64,000 nucleotides of DNA from the NCBI RefSeq assembly GCF_006345805.1, contig NC_042997.1, forward strand, positions 58,528,001 to 58,592,000. The letters run 5' to 3'. A program made the translations under genes and the position numbers. Below the pieces are notes generated by a model. The model saw only the letters and a program-made list of their open reading frames with translations, was not told where the DNA came from and searched no databases. Positions within the stretch are counted from its first letter, which is position 1. Each line of letters starts with the position of its first letter. Shown piece by piece: positions 1 through 12,570 of the stretch. The stretch is from Octopus sinensis (Eukaryota).

Positions 1-1618
1 TAGTAGTGAATTATATAAATACCAGCAGTAAATTTTTTTTTCTGGGGTATTTTTTTTCAACCTCGTCACATATTTGCCCCTTTCAATTAAAAAAAAGTCT
101 TAATTAAGCAATTACGGCAGCTTAGCAATGGTTTCAATACAGGCGTGACATCTGTATCTCAATTGTTCAAAACCCTTCGAATTTTTTCGCACGTGATGAT
201 ATCATAGTGAAAACTTCAGTTATTTCTGTCTTTCACTCTGTCTGTCTCTTTACACACACTAACAAAAGCACTTCACTTACACACCACACTTTCTGTGTCG
301 CACAACCCATCAAACACACACACACACACATGTACATCAATGCTTTCGAAGTGAAATGTTAAAATATTGAGTTTTCTCGAATTTTGTCTTAATTGGGGGT
401 GAAATTGAAAGAAATATATTATGGCATGAGCGAATGGAGTACTTTGAAAAATCTTAGGTAAATTCTAATTGAAGAAATTGTGTGAGGAGTAAATGGTTAT
501 GTATTTATTTGTTTCTGTTTGCTGTGTTTTTTTATTTTTTGAGTAGTGGTTTAAATACTTTCAGTTTAGTCTTCCTCAAATCACTCTGTCGCTATTTACT
601 TTCATTTTATTCGTTGCACACTGTGTGTGTGCGTTTGCGTGTGGTGTAAACCAGACTAAGAAAAGCATTTGACACACACACCAGAATGTGAGTTTTCTGT
701 AAATTTTGCTTAATTGGAGTTTAAATTTTAAAAACTGGACCTGGCATGACGCGATGCATTGTACTCTTAAAAATGCCAGGTAAATTGTAATTGAAGAAAT
801 CCTATATTGTAGATTTGTATAACTCCCAAAGGGTGGCAGATAAAATCTGCCTTTTATAATAAGAGATATTGAAATTATAATTGTTATTGTCATTTAACCC
901 TGGGCCAATTCTTTACGAGCGGACCCACGATTGGAAGTATTTCTGTCGTGACCACTCAGTTTTTTTTTTGTGTAAGAACCAAATTGTCCAATGTACATTT
1001 CCTTATTGTATGGACAGTAAAGTATATGATTTGAGGAAATTTGGCTGAAATTTCTAGCAGGTCAATCGGGTGCATAGTGATTCCCTCGGGTGAGGCTGCA
1101 TTGCTTTGTTGGTGCAGATGTAGTTCCATGTATAACGTTATTAGATCACATTCACCAACAATGTTTGCCATCATTTTTTAAAATCCCTAATCGAGCAGAT
1201 TCTTATCCAAAGATATTCTATCCATGACCATTCTGCCGATTCCACAATCATAATGTATCTATGGTTATATAATCTAATGGATCCTTCCTATTTTTTTTCA
1301 GATTGATAAAATGTAATTTGAGATAAATCTAGCCGCTATGCCTAGCAGATCAAGAGATCAGGTAGAGTATTGATATTTAAATCTAAAACCTTACTATACC
1401 TTTAATTATTTCTAACCACAACCCGGAGGTCACGATACCTCAATTGGAAATCCTTGACGTAAAAGCTCCTCTCGCTGTCTATGTAGAAGCTTTTCTCATT
1501 TGCGTGTGGCTGCATTTGTGACGTCCGTGGACATGATTGCATTAGTGGTGTTGGTGTGAGCCAAAGTAGTTCTTTTGTTATTGTTTATTATCTAGCTGTA
1601 AACTTAAGAAAAACTGGC

Positions 1619-1938
1619 TCTCCGTCGGCTGCAAGGAGGAGGGTTCCAGTTGATCCGCTCAACATAACAGTCTGCTTGTGAAATTAATGTGCAAGTGACT
1701 GAGCGCTCCACAGACACGCGTACCCTTAACGTAGTTCTCAGAAAGATACAGCATGACACAATGTGACAAGAGGGGAGGCCTTTGAAATACAGGTTTTACT
1801 CATTTTTACTAGCTGAATAGACTGAAACAACGTAAAATAAGGTGTCTTGCTTAAGGACAAAACGCGTCGCCGGGAATTGAACTCATGACCTTACGATCGT
1901 GAGCCAAATACCCTAACCATTAAGCCATGCGCCTTCAC
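1619..1938 (-). mobile_element. tRNA-derived SINE, family A (tRNA-like head, CORE-like GTCCTTxAGCAAGACAC block, 3' module)
   Basis: Minus strand begins gtgaaggcgcatggcttaatggttagggta...gagttcaattccc (A/B-box-like). Collinear with 50625-50923; 3' module also found at 58615-58803. Confidence 0.8.
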
Positions 1939-2803
1939 TTGTCTAGATGTAGAACAGCTTGATTAAGCAAATTTATGACTGTCAGCGTTTCATACATGGC
2001 CACATCATCGTTTTCCTTTTACAAGGTAATCATATTCAGGACTAGAGTATCTAATCTACCTTTCTTTATTTTTCAGACGAGCTTTGAGGGAACTTTGGTT
2101 GCTATTTCTAGCAGGCCGAGCAATAGTGTAGAGGCTTTTTTCTGTTGGCTCATTATACTTTCCTGGTGGTGGTAGTGGTGGTGCAGACACGGTTGTTTTG
2201 ATAGTAGCAGTCGCAGAAGTTGTAATTTGTGACTTTTGGGGTGCTTGATGTTTGGGCTTGGTGAGTGTGCTGGCAAGGATTATATTGCCGTTGAATTCCT
2301 GAATTCACTTAATTGCTGTTTCTAATTATTGAAAGGTTAATGCTACTCGACAGATTCATTAATATGACTTGTCTTTCCTTAATAAATGGCTACATTTCCT
2401 GTTGTTGTTATTGTTGTTCTTATAACTGCTGCTATAGTTGCTGTTGTTGTCGATGGTGATGGCAATGCTGTCATCGTTGTTGTTGCAGGCATGTAACATT
2501 AACTGAGGTTCAAGTTGATATATGTCATGGAATGATCTAATTGGAAATTTAATGCAAATCAAGAGAGATGCCCCACTCACCACTGTAGGTAATGTTACTT
2601 CGGCCTCAAACGCTTTATCGATTCAGGGTAGGGTAAATTAATATTCATGCTGACATTTTGACATTTTGTATTGCAAAATTAATCACTTCTGGTGTTGTTT
2701 GCCAACACCAAGCTGTTCTTGCTCACAGTGTTCGTCAACGATTACGTATAAACACAGTATTCAAACAATGAAAATATTTTTCTTTATGCATTCCCGCTAT
2801 ATA

Positions 2804-3036
2804 TATTTCTTTACTGCCCACAAGGGGCTAAACATAGAGGGGACAAACAAGGACAGACAAAGGGATTAAGTCGATTACATCGACTCCAGTGCGAAGCTGG
2901 TACTTTATTTATCGACCCCGAAATTATGAAAGGCAAAGTGGACCTCGGCGGAATTTGAACTCTGAACGTAAGATTAGACGAAATACCGCTAAGCATTTCG
3001 CCCGGCGTGCTAACGTTTCTGCCAGCTCGCCGCCCT
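2804..3036 (-). mobile_element. Young full-length tRNA-derived SINE, family M, with 16-bp target-site duplication
   Basis: Head ggcggcgagctggcagaaacgttagcac..., central cctttcat...cggggtcgataaataaagtaccag block. TSD gcattcccgctatata at 2788-2803 and 3039-3054. Confidence 0.9.
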
Positions 3037-3769
3037 ACGCATTCCCGCTATATAAATGATTGAGGATTTAATGTTACTGGTAAGTGTGCCGTGGAAAGAG
3101 TAAATGTGTGCTTCAGTTTGTGCATAGTTATCGGTCCGTGTCACACATATTTTAGCATGTTATATTTTCAGTCTATAAGGTATACGGAACTGAAAAAGAC
3201 TTCTATTATCACAGTAATAAAATATATTTTCAAAGAACTGTATTCAATATTCACTGAAAAAAGGTTTAGAAACGTACTCATCTTATTTTAATAGTAGAAA
3301 TAGTGGTACTACAATATTTACTTACATTCTTCTACATTCAAAATTTTGTTTTTATTAGAATCGCCTTTACTTTCCATCTTCATATGATTGAGTCAACCGA
3401 CCAAACTTCTCGACAAATATGTGGTTTCGTGATAATGTTAGAAATTACCATTCAAGCCATTAAGCATGTAAGTGACACCATTTGTTACAGTTGCTTTTCA
3501 GTCGCCTTGATGGCTGGTCTTTCACATGCAAAATCTTGACAAACACTTTCTTTTCACAGATCAGTAGTAAAGTATATGGATTGATTAGTATCATTTTGAG
3601 TACCTTACGCTATCGAGCTAATGTATGATCTTTTGATGGGTAGTTCATGTATGGTTATCTTAGTTTTTTATTTATCAGAATTCTTCTTATAAGGAGGAAA
3701 CTGGTTTCTAACAAGAAATAAAGCCCCTTCACTGCAATTCAGATGACAACAACGTTAAATATGTTGAAC

Positions 3770-5200
3770 TTACTTTTAATGTTCCGCTTACAGATTATAT
3801 TTGTGCGTGCTAGCCAGTCTCTTTTTTGCCAGAAAATCCTAGCTTTTCCACATGGTCATTTAAATATTGATTAGCATAACCGAGTGCACCAATAATTTTT
3901 ATCATAAATATGAATTTATAATCAGGGTAGAGATGCAGGTTTCGAAACAGCTATCCATAAATATCCATAAATATTCTCATTCTTGTTGATTTTGGAAGAA
4001 CTGTTCACTATTGTAAGTCAGATTTTTCTTCTTTTTTTTTTTTTTATCCCAAAATGATATCAGAGCTGTTCTGTTTGCACTTCGTAAAAATTTTGATGGG
4101 AATGTTCCACTTAATATCCATTGTGTATTCAATAGCAAAGGGATTGTTTACAGCATTACATATTGTTTTAGCAACAGCATCATGTCGCAATGACAGGTAA
4201 TACATTGACGTTTTTAGGCAACTGCTGATAACATGTCATATCCTTCACAGAGGATATACCATGTAATCAACATTTGCTGTTGCATCTTGGGAATTTAAGG
4301 ATTTCATCGCTTCTGTTCATAAGATATTTCGTTGCTATCTCCTACTCTTGGATTGCTTTTGCAGCGTATGATAATGCAACACTTACAAGCCCAAGGGAGG
4401 TTATGCTTCATGCTAATATTACTCTTCACCTTATAAGGCGGCGAGTTGTCAGAATCGTTGGGACGCCGGGTAAAATGCTTAGCAACATTTCGTCCGTCTT
4501 TACGTTCTGAGTTCAAATTCTGCTGAAGTCAACTTTGCCTATCATCATTTGTAACAGTTGAGCACTGGGGTTAATGTAATCAATAATCCCCTCCCAAGAA
4601 ATTGCTGGCCTTGGGCCAAAATCTGAGACCAGTATTCTCATTCGCCCATGTATAACCTTGTTATGGTATGCGGAGTGTTTCTCTTACAGGCTTTTGCTGA
4701 AGTGTTTTCACAGTACCTCAAGATTCTCATAAAAAGTTATCAGGAAGTGAATGTTTATTGAGGAGTTCATTACCAACCCGTAGGATGCTATAAATTTTGC
4801 TTTTGAGCACACAGCCAATGTATCTACTTTTACTGCCTATAATTAGCAAATGCTGTCTCAGTAATACCATATGAATTAAAAGGCTGTCTCAAGCCTCTTC
4901 CTTCCATTTTCTGTGATAGAGACTCTCAGTATCACTATTTCTGTGGAAGTTTGCTGTTGATGTCAGGATCTTGCGGTTTAATGTCCGAGAAATAGATTTC
5001 CTCGATTGACAAGTCAAGTATCCATAATGTTGGTATCAGTGTTGATATTGCAAATACGTTGTCGGTGTTGTCTTGTAAGAGGAAAATTCTGACTGCCATA
5101 TTTTTCTTAGTCTGGTATAATAGTCTTTGGTTACTCTTTGCTCACAGCATCTTTGTTTGATATATTTTTATCAATACCAAGGTATATGTAGCAGTCACCG
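3770..5200 (-). mobile_element. Decayed R4/Dong-clade non-LTR retrotransposon (RT C-terminus to REL endonuclease), interrupted by a SINE
   Basis: Frameshifted minus-strand peptides YIYLGIDKNIS (~5170), AAKAIQE*EIATKYLMN (~4340) and LYPDYKF...IIGALGYAN (~3890) follow the usual R4/Dong ORF order; many stops. Confidence 0.65.
4435..4630 (+). mobile_element. SINE family M nested in the R4/Dong relic
   Basis: ggcggcgagttgtcagaatcgttgggacgccgggtaaaatgcttagc...gagttcaaattc...gcactggggttaatgtaatc; matches the other family M copies. Confidence 0.8.
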
Positions 5201-7379
5201 TATAGATTAAAGGCCATTGAGCTGCCGGCGACTAAGCCTACCAAGCCTGCTTGATAAGAAAGGTGGTTTTCTTTGGACAATCTGCAGAAGGATAAAACAA
5301 AAGCTGTCAAAGGACGAAATAAACTCAACAGAGCTACATATCCATCCACCAAATCAGAAAGAGGTTCCTAGTCTTTGCTACCCCTCTCTCTAAAAAGAAA
5401 ACTGATGTAACACATACAAATTCGTTTTCATCCAGTGATGTAAAAGTCGCTTTGAGACAAATGCTTACATTGTTTTGAGAGTAGCAGTGGTCTTGTGCAA
5501 AGCTTTTCCTAATTTAAAAAAAGAAAAAGACTTCACTTACAGGTATCGCTTGATTTCTAAAATCTTTATTATGTGTTGCATACTATGACTGACTGTAGCT
5601 GAAAAAGTAAAACATTGATGGAACGAAGGCGTGTATCAACACTGGTGGCAAGCTCACTGGACACCTAATGCATCATAGCCACATCCGTGTAAGTTCCTAG
5701 CAGGACGGAAAGCCACTTCCGTGCTGTTTTAAGACAGCAATCAAGAGATGGCATTGCTCGAAATCAATGTATTTATGTGTGAATGTATGTATGCTTGTAT
5801 ATATTGGTGTACTATATATGTTAGTGTGTATGTGTGTGTATGTGTGTGTGTGTGTGTGTGTGTGCGTGTGTGCGTGCGTGTATTTGTGTGCATTTTTATA
5901 GTACAATTTTTTTCTTTATTGGTTCGGTTTAGAAGAAGGGACTGTATTCAAGGCCTTCACAAGTTCTTTGTGATTCCTGAGATTGACGCAATCAATATTT
6001 CACTCGTAGAGTTTAGTCGATCAAATTAAAGTGGCCCATGCAAACCTGTTACTTATTCAATTTCCACTTTTTAGCGAACCGCTTTGTTAGCAGGAATATA
6101 AGCAAACCAATGCCAGTTATGAAACGCAAACACACACATGTATAAACGCGCACACGCGCACACACACTCTCACACACACACACATGGATACTATACTACG
6201 AGTTTCCTCACAGTTTCCGCTGACTAAATTCATTCATAAGGCAATAGTCAACCTGGAACTATAATAGTAAGCATTTACCCTAATTGATACCGAGTAGTCT
6301 AAACACGAAACCATCTTATGTGCTACCATCTGAATACCTCCCGAATCCCTGTGGTTAACATTTAACATATTCCATTAGTTAAAGGAAAGTGTAGAATCGA
6401 ATTTTATAATCAACGTTAGCACAGAACTGAATTACCTTCTAGAACATTCAATTTATATTACTGATGACGATTGATTGGAGTTTATTTATTGTATTTTTAT
6501 CAATCTTCTTGTGTTAAAGTTAGCAATTCAAAGATTCAGCACAAAAATAGTGGAGAAAAAAATTACACTATAATTATGTTTAGTTAGATTGTTGATGGAA
6601 TTTACAGTCGGAAAATCCATAGAAATGAAGGTTTGTCGACTTCTAATTAATTCCTATAAGAGAATGGCAGCGGTAGCAGAAGGAACAATAAATAACATTA
6701 ATCAGCACACCATATCTAGCTAAGAAGTGTTGGATTTCGATTAAGCATTTGCTGTGTTATATATTCTATTACTATTCAATTTTTCTACAAACAATCCTTT
6801 AGATTATAATACATTAGAAACAGCCACTACGTGCTTGCTCAACCTACTACAAAATACAAGCTAATTTCTGTAAATTACATCCTTCTGTCTTGAAAAGGAG
6901 CGACACATTTGATAATATATATCTTTTACCTTTTACTTCTTTCAGTCATTAGACTGCGGCCATGCTGGGGCACCTCCGTGACAATGTTTCCAAATTTAGA
7001 AATGTGACGCATTTGTTATGATTTGCAGGCATTTGCTCGTGGATCAAGCTATTTAGGGTTAAACAGCAACAGTAATATTTACAATGTTATACACCATAGC
7101 TGAAGATTAAAAGCATTGGGTATTTCGCAAAATAGTAATTCTGTCAAATTTTAATTCAGTCGATCAGCAAAACGATTACTTTTTAACGATAAAATATATG
7201 AAGTCTGACAAAAAATAACCCGTACTTTTGAAACGGCGCATTAGCCAGCCGGCGCATCGTGCTCTTGACTGCATATGGCTGACATCGAACTTAAGTTTAA
7301 TAATATCCACATGACACCACACCAGTTAGTCATCATACTACACTGCGAGAGTAAACCTATATTAATGTACCTGATGACT

Positions 7380-7900
7380 TGTCACAAGTTGAGCAACAAA
7401 TGATTTAGAAAAGAAACGTGTTTCTGAAAAATTGTGTTACAAATTGGGAAAACCTTTTACAGACACTTTTTTAATATTGCAATCGGTCGCTGGGGGAAAT
7501 CGTCTGAGCCATGATGTAACTCGTAGCCTAAGTGTTTCAAATCAGGAAGAACAACCTTTGAAGATTATCCCAAATGTGCACGACTCTTCCCAATAACGAA
7601 CAACACTCACAGTGTGAAAGTCTGTCGTAATTTCTGTAAATCATTGCTTAACTAATTATGAAGTTTGTAGCTTCTGATAGTGTCAGCTCGGTGTCGTGGT
7701 GTAGCATGCAGATTTTGTTTATACATGATTCGTAATGCTTTTCTCAAATTCATGCGGACATCCAAATAAAATTCTTTATCAATCATCTGACCTCACGGAA
7801 CAAAATCTTGATGAACAACACTTTTGCAGTCATAGAAAAGGCGATCGAGCGACTCTAACTTGCTCTTTTTTGGGGAGCAACGACTACCTTTTTGTTGCAG
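7380..7900 (+). mobile_element. Highly decayed mariner-like transposase relic
   Basis: aaattgtgttacaaattgggaaaaccttttacagacac...caaatcaggaagaacaacctttgaagattatccc resembles the mariner N-terminus (FCVKLGKTFTET...FKSGRTSxEDDP); no intact frame. Confidence 0.4.
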
Positions 7901-8538
7901 TATCGTAACCTACACCCACATCTTATCTGCTATGACTGATTATAGAGAATTTTCATCACCGTTAGAATGACTGACTGACAGGTGGTGACAGTCTGTGTCA
8001 TATGAATTTTAAAATAACCTTTGAAGATGCATCGTACTGCTGTAAAATATGTGCTGCATTTGATAATATCAGTTTGGGATATAAATTACTGTTAACTGTT
8101 CCAAACCCAGAAGATTTGCTCGCCAGAAAAGGGCTGAAGAGAAAAATATTACATTTCGAAGATTCTCGGGAGAATATGCCAAACTTCAATTAAATACCGT
8201 TCGATAAATAAAGGAATGAATACTAATTTTTAACCCCCCCTCTCTCTCTATATATATATACATACATACATACATACATACATACATACAGTAGTAATAT
8301 AAGATATGGATTCAAAGAATCATGCGGCTATTGCACTAAGCTCTTCCTATGGAATCGGTTATCAGTCCCCGTAGTAATCAACTACAAAGTAGTAAAGGGC
8401 CCATGTGACTGAAAATCAAGAAAATCCTGAAATGAAGAAGGGTTACCCTACATGAAGAAGGGTTACGAAACTGGCGTAATCGTATGGAAGTCGTATGGAT
8501 AAATATATCTATCTTCTCTGACATTTCTTGACTTTACG

Positions 8539-8592
<54 letters not shown>

Positions 8593-8791
8593 TATATATA
8601 TACATTCGGTTAAAATGGCTAATTGATGTGTTTCTCTTTTTTCCCTGCCGAGATGTTTACATTGCTTTACATCATTTTATTCCCTCAGGAATGATACCAT
8701 TATTTTCTTCGAACATATGTCGGAAGTAAAAGATTTGAATAACACCTACCTTTAACTCCATTTCTTAATTTATATATATACATATACATAC

Positions 8792-8822
<31 letters not shown>

Positions 8823-8995
8823 TGTAGTATGTATGTATGTATGTATGTATGTATGTATGTATGTATGTATGTATGTATGTATGTATGTATGTATGTGTCG
8901 AGTATAACCTTTCTTTCAAACTGTGTCTGAGTGTCTTAAAGTACAATAATATTGATTTCGTGTCGTGAAGAAGTAGATAGTTTCGATTTTATTCT

Positions 8996-9435
8996 TTTAT
9001 TCTTTTACTTGTTTCAGTCATTTGACTGCGGCCATGCTGGAGCATCGCCTTTAGTCGAATCAAATCGACCCCAGGACTTATTCTTTGTAAGCCTAGTACT
9101 TATTCTACCGGCCTCTTTAGCCAAACCGCTAAGTTACGGGGACATAAACACACCAGCATCGGTTATCAAGCGATTTTTGTGGGGGGGGGGACAAACACAG
9201 ATACACAACATACACACACACACACACACACACATACACACACACACACAGACATATATATATATATATATATATACGACGGGCTTCTTTCAGTTTCCGT
9301 TTACCAAATCCACTCACAAGGCTTTGATCGGCCCGAGGCTATAGTAGAAGACACTTGCCCATGGTGCCACGCAGTGGGACTGAACCCGGAACCATGTGGT
9401 TGGTAAGCAAGCTACTTACCACACAACCATTCCTG
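8996..9435 (-). mobile_element. Long tRNA-derived SINE, family C (tRNA head, CORE-like block, internal (TA)/(TG) microsatellite, conserved 3' tail)
   Basis: Minus: gtgtggtaagtagcttgcttaccaaccacatggttccgggttcagtcccactgcgtggcaccatgggcaagtgtcttctactatagcc...catggccgcagtcaaatgactgaaacaagtaaaag. Homologous copies at 12062, 21990, 28548 and 51150. Confidence 0.85.
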
Positions 9436-9765
9436 TTGTAGCCACTTTACATTTCATACATTGTTAATACTCATGGGAAAGAGTGTGAAAATCACACTTC
9501 CCAATAAGCTGCTACGTGAGATTATATTGCTAAGTGGATTGGTTGTCTCAAGTACCTTATATCATGGTTGCGTATTCCAGAAATTTATTCCAAACTCAGA
9601 GATAATTTGAAAGAAATGTTTTTAAGATTAATTTTTTAATGGACTGAGATTTTTAGTGAAATGAAGCACGCTAAGATAAGGAAGTACGTAGACAAAACTG
9701 AATTCGGAGACATAATCAGGGCGTAACAATTGCTGACTTTCTCATTTGATATATATATATTACAA

Positions 9766-10410
9766 ATAAGGCGACGAACTGACAGAAACTTCAGCACGTC
9801 GGGTGAAATGCTTAGCCGTTTTACGTCTGTCTTTGTTCTGAGTTCAAATTCCTCCGGGGTCGACTTTGCCTTTCATCCTTTCGGGGTCGATACATAAAGT
9901 ACCAGTTGCGTACTGCAGTCGATCTAATCGAATGGCCCCCTCACCCAAAATTTCGGACCATGTGTCTAGAGTAGAAATGAATTAGGCGGCAAGCTCGCAG
10001 AATCGTTAGCACGTCGGGTATTCCGTTCATATTTACGTCCTGAGTTCAAATTCCACTGAGGTTGACTTAGCCTTTCATCCGTTCGGAATGGATAAAATAA
10101 GTACCAGTTAAGCACTGGGGTCGATTTAATCAACTTAGCTCTTCCCCCAAAACTTTTAACCTTGTACCAAAATTTGAAACCAATATATATCTTACAAATA
10201 AGTCGGAGAGTTCACAGAAACTTTAGCACAGAGGGCAAAGTGCTTAACGCATTTCGTCCGCCATTGCGTCAAGAGTTCAAATTCCATCGAGGTCGACTTT
10301 GCATTCCATCATTTCGGGGTCAATAAAATAGGTACCAGTTGAGCACTGGGGTCGAAGTAATAGACTTGCTCCCACTCCCGAAATTGCCAGCCTTGTGACA
10401 AATTTTGAAA
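9766..10410 (+). repeat. Tandem array of three diverged family M SINEs
   Basis: Heads near 9768, 9983 and 10200. The flank atatatat(c)ttacaaata precedes unit 1 and follows units 2 and 3. Confidence 0.8.
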
Positions 10411-11068
10411 ACAATATATATTACAAATACTAACGAATACATGCATCTGCGTTAAAAAATATACGAAAAAACCGCATGTTTTTATGAATGTTATCTGCCA
10501 ATGAAATGACTTGCTACAAAATAATTCCCAAATACACATAGAGACTTACATGCACGCATAGCCACAACGTCGTAAGGTAGATATATTTACATTTAACCAT
10601 TTGGACAGAAAGTTGACGTTAAACAACTTAGCTAAACTAAATATGAAGCATGATAAGTTTATAACATGAGCGAAAGTTGTTGCTAATAGTGTTTTGATCG
10701 ATGTAGTCTCGATCGAGAAGACCACATAAACAGACGGAGATTGACACTTTCACATAAACAGACGGAGATTGACACTTTCACACAAACACAGAAAGACTAT
10801 TATTTTACCATGGTTAACTCGGTTACAGACATTAATTTTTAATTAATGTATTGCATAACATAATACCAGATGAACACACACACACACACATATTCACATT
10901 CACATTCACACACACTCATATCTACAAACATTTATATGTAGATAGGTGCAGAGATCACTGTGTGGTTAAGAACTTCGCTTTGCAATCACGCGGTTTAGGG
11001 TTCAGTCCAACTGCGCGGCACATTAGAAAAGCATCTTTTATTTTAACCCCACCGAGATGATCAACAAT

Positions 11069-11232
11069 ATATATATATGTGTGTGTGTGTATGTGTGTGT
11101 GTGTGTGCGTGTGTATATATATATGTATATATGTGTATATTTATATATATATATGCATATATATATATGTATATATATATGTATATATATATATGTATAT
11201 ATATGTATGTATATATATATATAATATATATA

Positions 11233-11284
<52 letters not shown>

Positions 11285-11311
11285 CGAGGTAGATAGATAG
11301 ATAGATAGATT
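11069..11311. repeat. Compound (TA)n/(TG)n/(GATA)n microsatellite
   Basis: Visible directly; source of the YIYI/CVCV ORFs at 11077-11300. Confidence 0.95.
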
Positions 11312-11514
11312 ATGGAGTTTGATATAGTCTGTATGGCATACCGGGTATGTTTATACGACTATAAACAAATCTCAGACCTTTACTGCCATAATACTAACGA
11401 AGTTGAGTTAGAGAACACAAATAATAAATAAATAAATAAATAGATAAATGAATAAATAAATAAATAAATAAATAACTGAACCGAAATGGAAACTATCAAC
11501 ATTGTTCAAAACAT

Positions 11515-11769
11515 TTAATGCCTTTTGGAAGGTCCTGGATCAAATCGAAATCTCTGCGGTCTTCTATGACGAAGTTTCTTCTTGCGGCAGTTGTTTTGGG
11601 GTAAATTTTTTCTATCTGAAGTTTTGTTTTTAGGAACTTTCAGAGCAGGCTTTAGAGGTACGCTGTTCGGTGGCTTACTTTGGACTTTCGGTTTTGCTAC
11701 CACTAGACGATGTTTCGATTCTTTTCTTCTGGCTCTTTTCTTAGAGGCATGATTCTTGCGAGGTACCAT
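11515..11769 (-). CDS. Candidate intronless small basic protein, 84 aa (17 K, 13 R, 11 P, 4 H, only 3 D/E)
   Basis: aacaATG start and TAA stop; non-repetitive DNA, more GC-rich than the flanks. Composition resembles H1-tail/transition/protamine-like proteins. No homology confirmed and no canonical AATAAA downstream. Confidence 0.4.
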   Translation of the reverse strand: MVPRKNHASKKRARRKESKHRLVVAKPKVQSKPPNSVPLKPALKVPKNKTSDRKNLPQNNCRKKKLRHRRPQRFRFDPGPSKRH

Positions 11770-11903
11770 TGTTATTGTTGCAATTATTATTATTATTATT
11801 ATTGTTATTATTATTATTATTATTATTATTTGAAACTACGAACTTCAAAGCATTTAGCTTTCACTTTGTTTATCAAATGTAACAAGTTTCTCGGCGAGCA
11901 GAA

Positions 11904-11921
11904 CATTATGATGTCATAATG
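11904..11921. promoter_or_regulatory. 18-bp near-perfect palindrome centred on CRE-like TGACATCA, ~140 bp upstream of the basic ORF
   Basis: cattatgatgtcataatg; the core differs from CRE (TGACGTCA) at one base. Function is inference only. Confidence 0.2.
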
Positions 11922-12061
11922 AACATAACTGCCACAATGGTGGAAGGCAAAAACTATTGCTCTCTCAACGTATGCAGAAATGTAAGTTATGGTTTTTTTT
12001 TAGGATGGAGTGAATACAAAAAAAACAACTACAAAAAAACTTATGATAATTCATCTTTTAT

Positions 12062-12346
12062 CTTTTATTTGTTTCCGTCATTTAATAGCGTACATGCTGG
12101 GGCGTCACCTTAAAGGATTTTTGGTCGAACAAATCACCCTTAGTACTTACTTTTATTCTATCTTTTGCTGAACAGCTATGTTACGGGAACGTAAACAAGC
12201 CAGCATCAGTTGTCAGATGGTACTGGGGGGAGGGGGTCAAACACAGACACACACACACACACACACAGACATACAGACACATAGAGGCATACACAGACAG
12301 AGACACAGATACACATAGACACACACACACACAGAGGCATATTTAT

Positions 12347-12400
<54 letters not shown>

Positions 12401-12570
12401 CACATACATACATATATGTATATATGCGTGCACACACATGAAGGGTTTCTACATGATTTTCTCCTACCAAATTCACTCACAAGATATTGTTCGGCCCAAA
12501 ATGTCGTGCAGTATGATTGAATCAGAAACCATCTGATTGAAATGTACTTCTTAATCACACAGCTATACAT
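12062..12570 (-). mobile_element. SINE family C, older copy
   Basis: Tail ttttatttgtttccgtcatttaatagcgtacatgctggggc, internal microsatellite, head-side ctaccaaattcactcacaag...gtcgtgcagtatgattgaatcagaaacc. Confidence 0.7.

Noticed and set aside
2057-2300. ~80-codon Thr/Pro/Lys-rich open frame on the minus strand (EFNGNIILASTLTKPK...APPLPPPGKY...)
   Set aside because: No start codon and weak splice signals; its 3' part is the dispersed cctgctagaaatagcagccaaa repeat also seen near 1050, 12770 and 39730; length is within chance.
8432-8481. Hammerhead-like relic: atgaagaagggttaccc...GAAAC-tggc-GTA-atc
   Set aside because: C3 is lost, and a 20-bp-period duplication separates helix II from GAAAC, so it cannot fold as a hammerhead now.
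10725-10790. 28-bp direct repeat x2 (also 15-bp x2.5 near 57506-57546); considered as CRISPR-like
   Set aside because: Units are directly adjacent with no spacers, in eukaryotic context; simple slippage duplications.
11515-11769. Possible CENP-A/H3 N-terminal tail (RFRFDPG versus RYRPG)
   Set aside because: No histone-fold sequence follows in any frame and there is no donor site before the stop.
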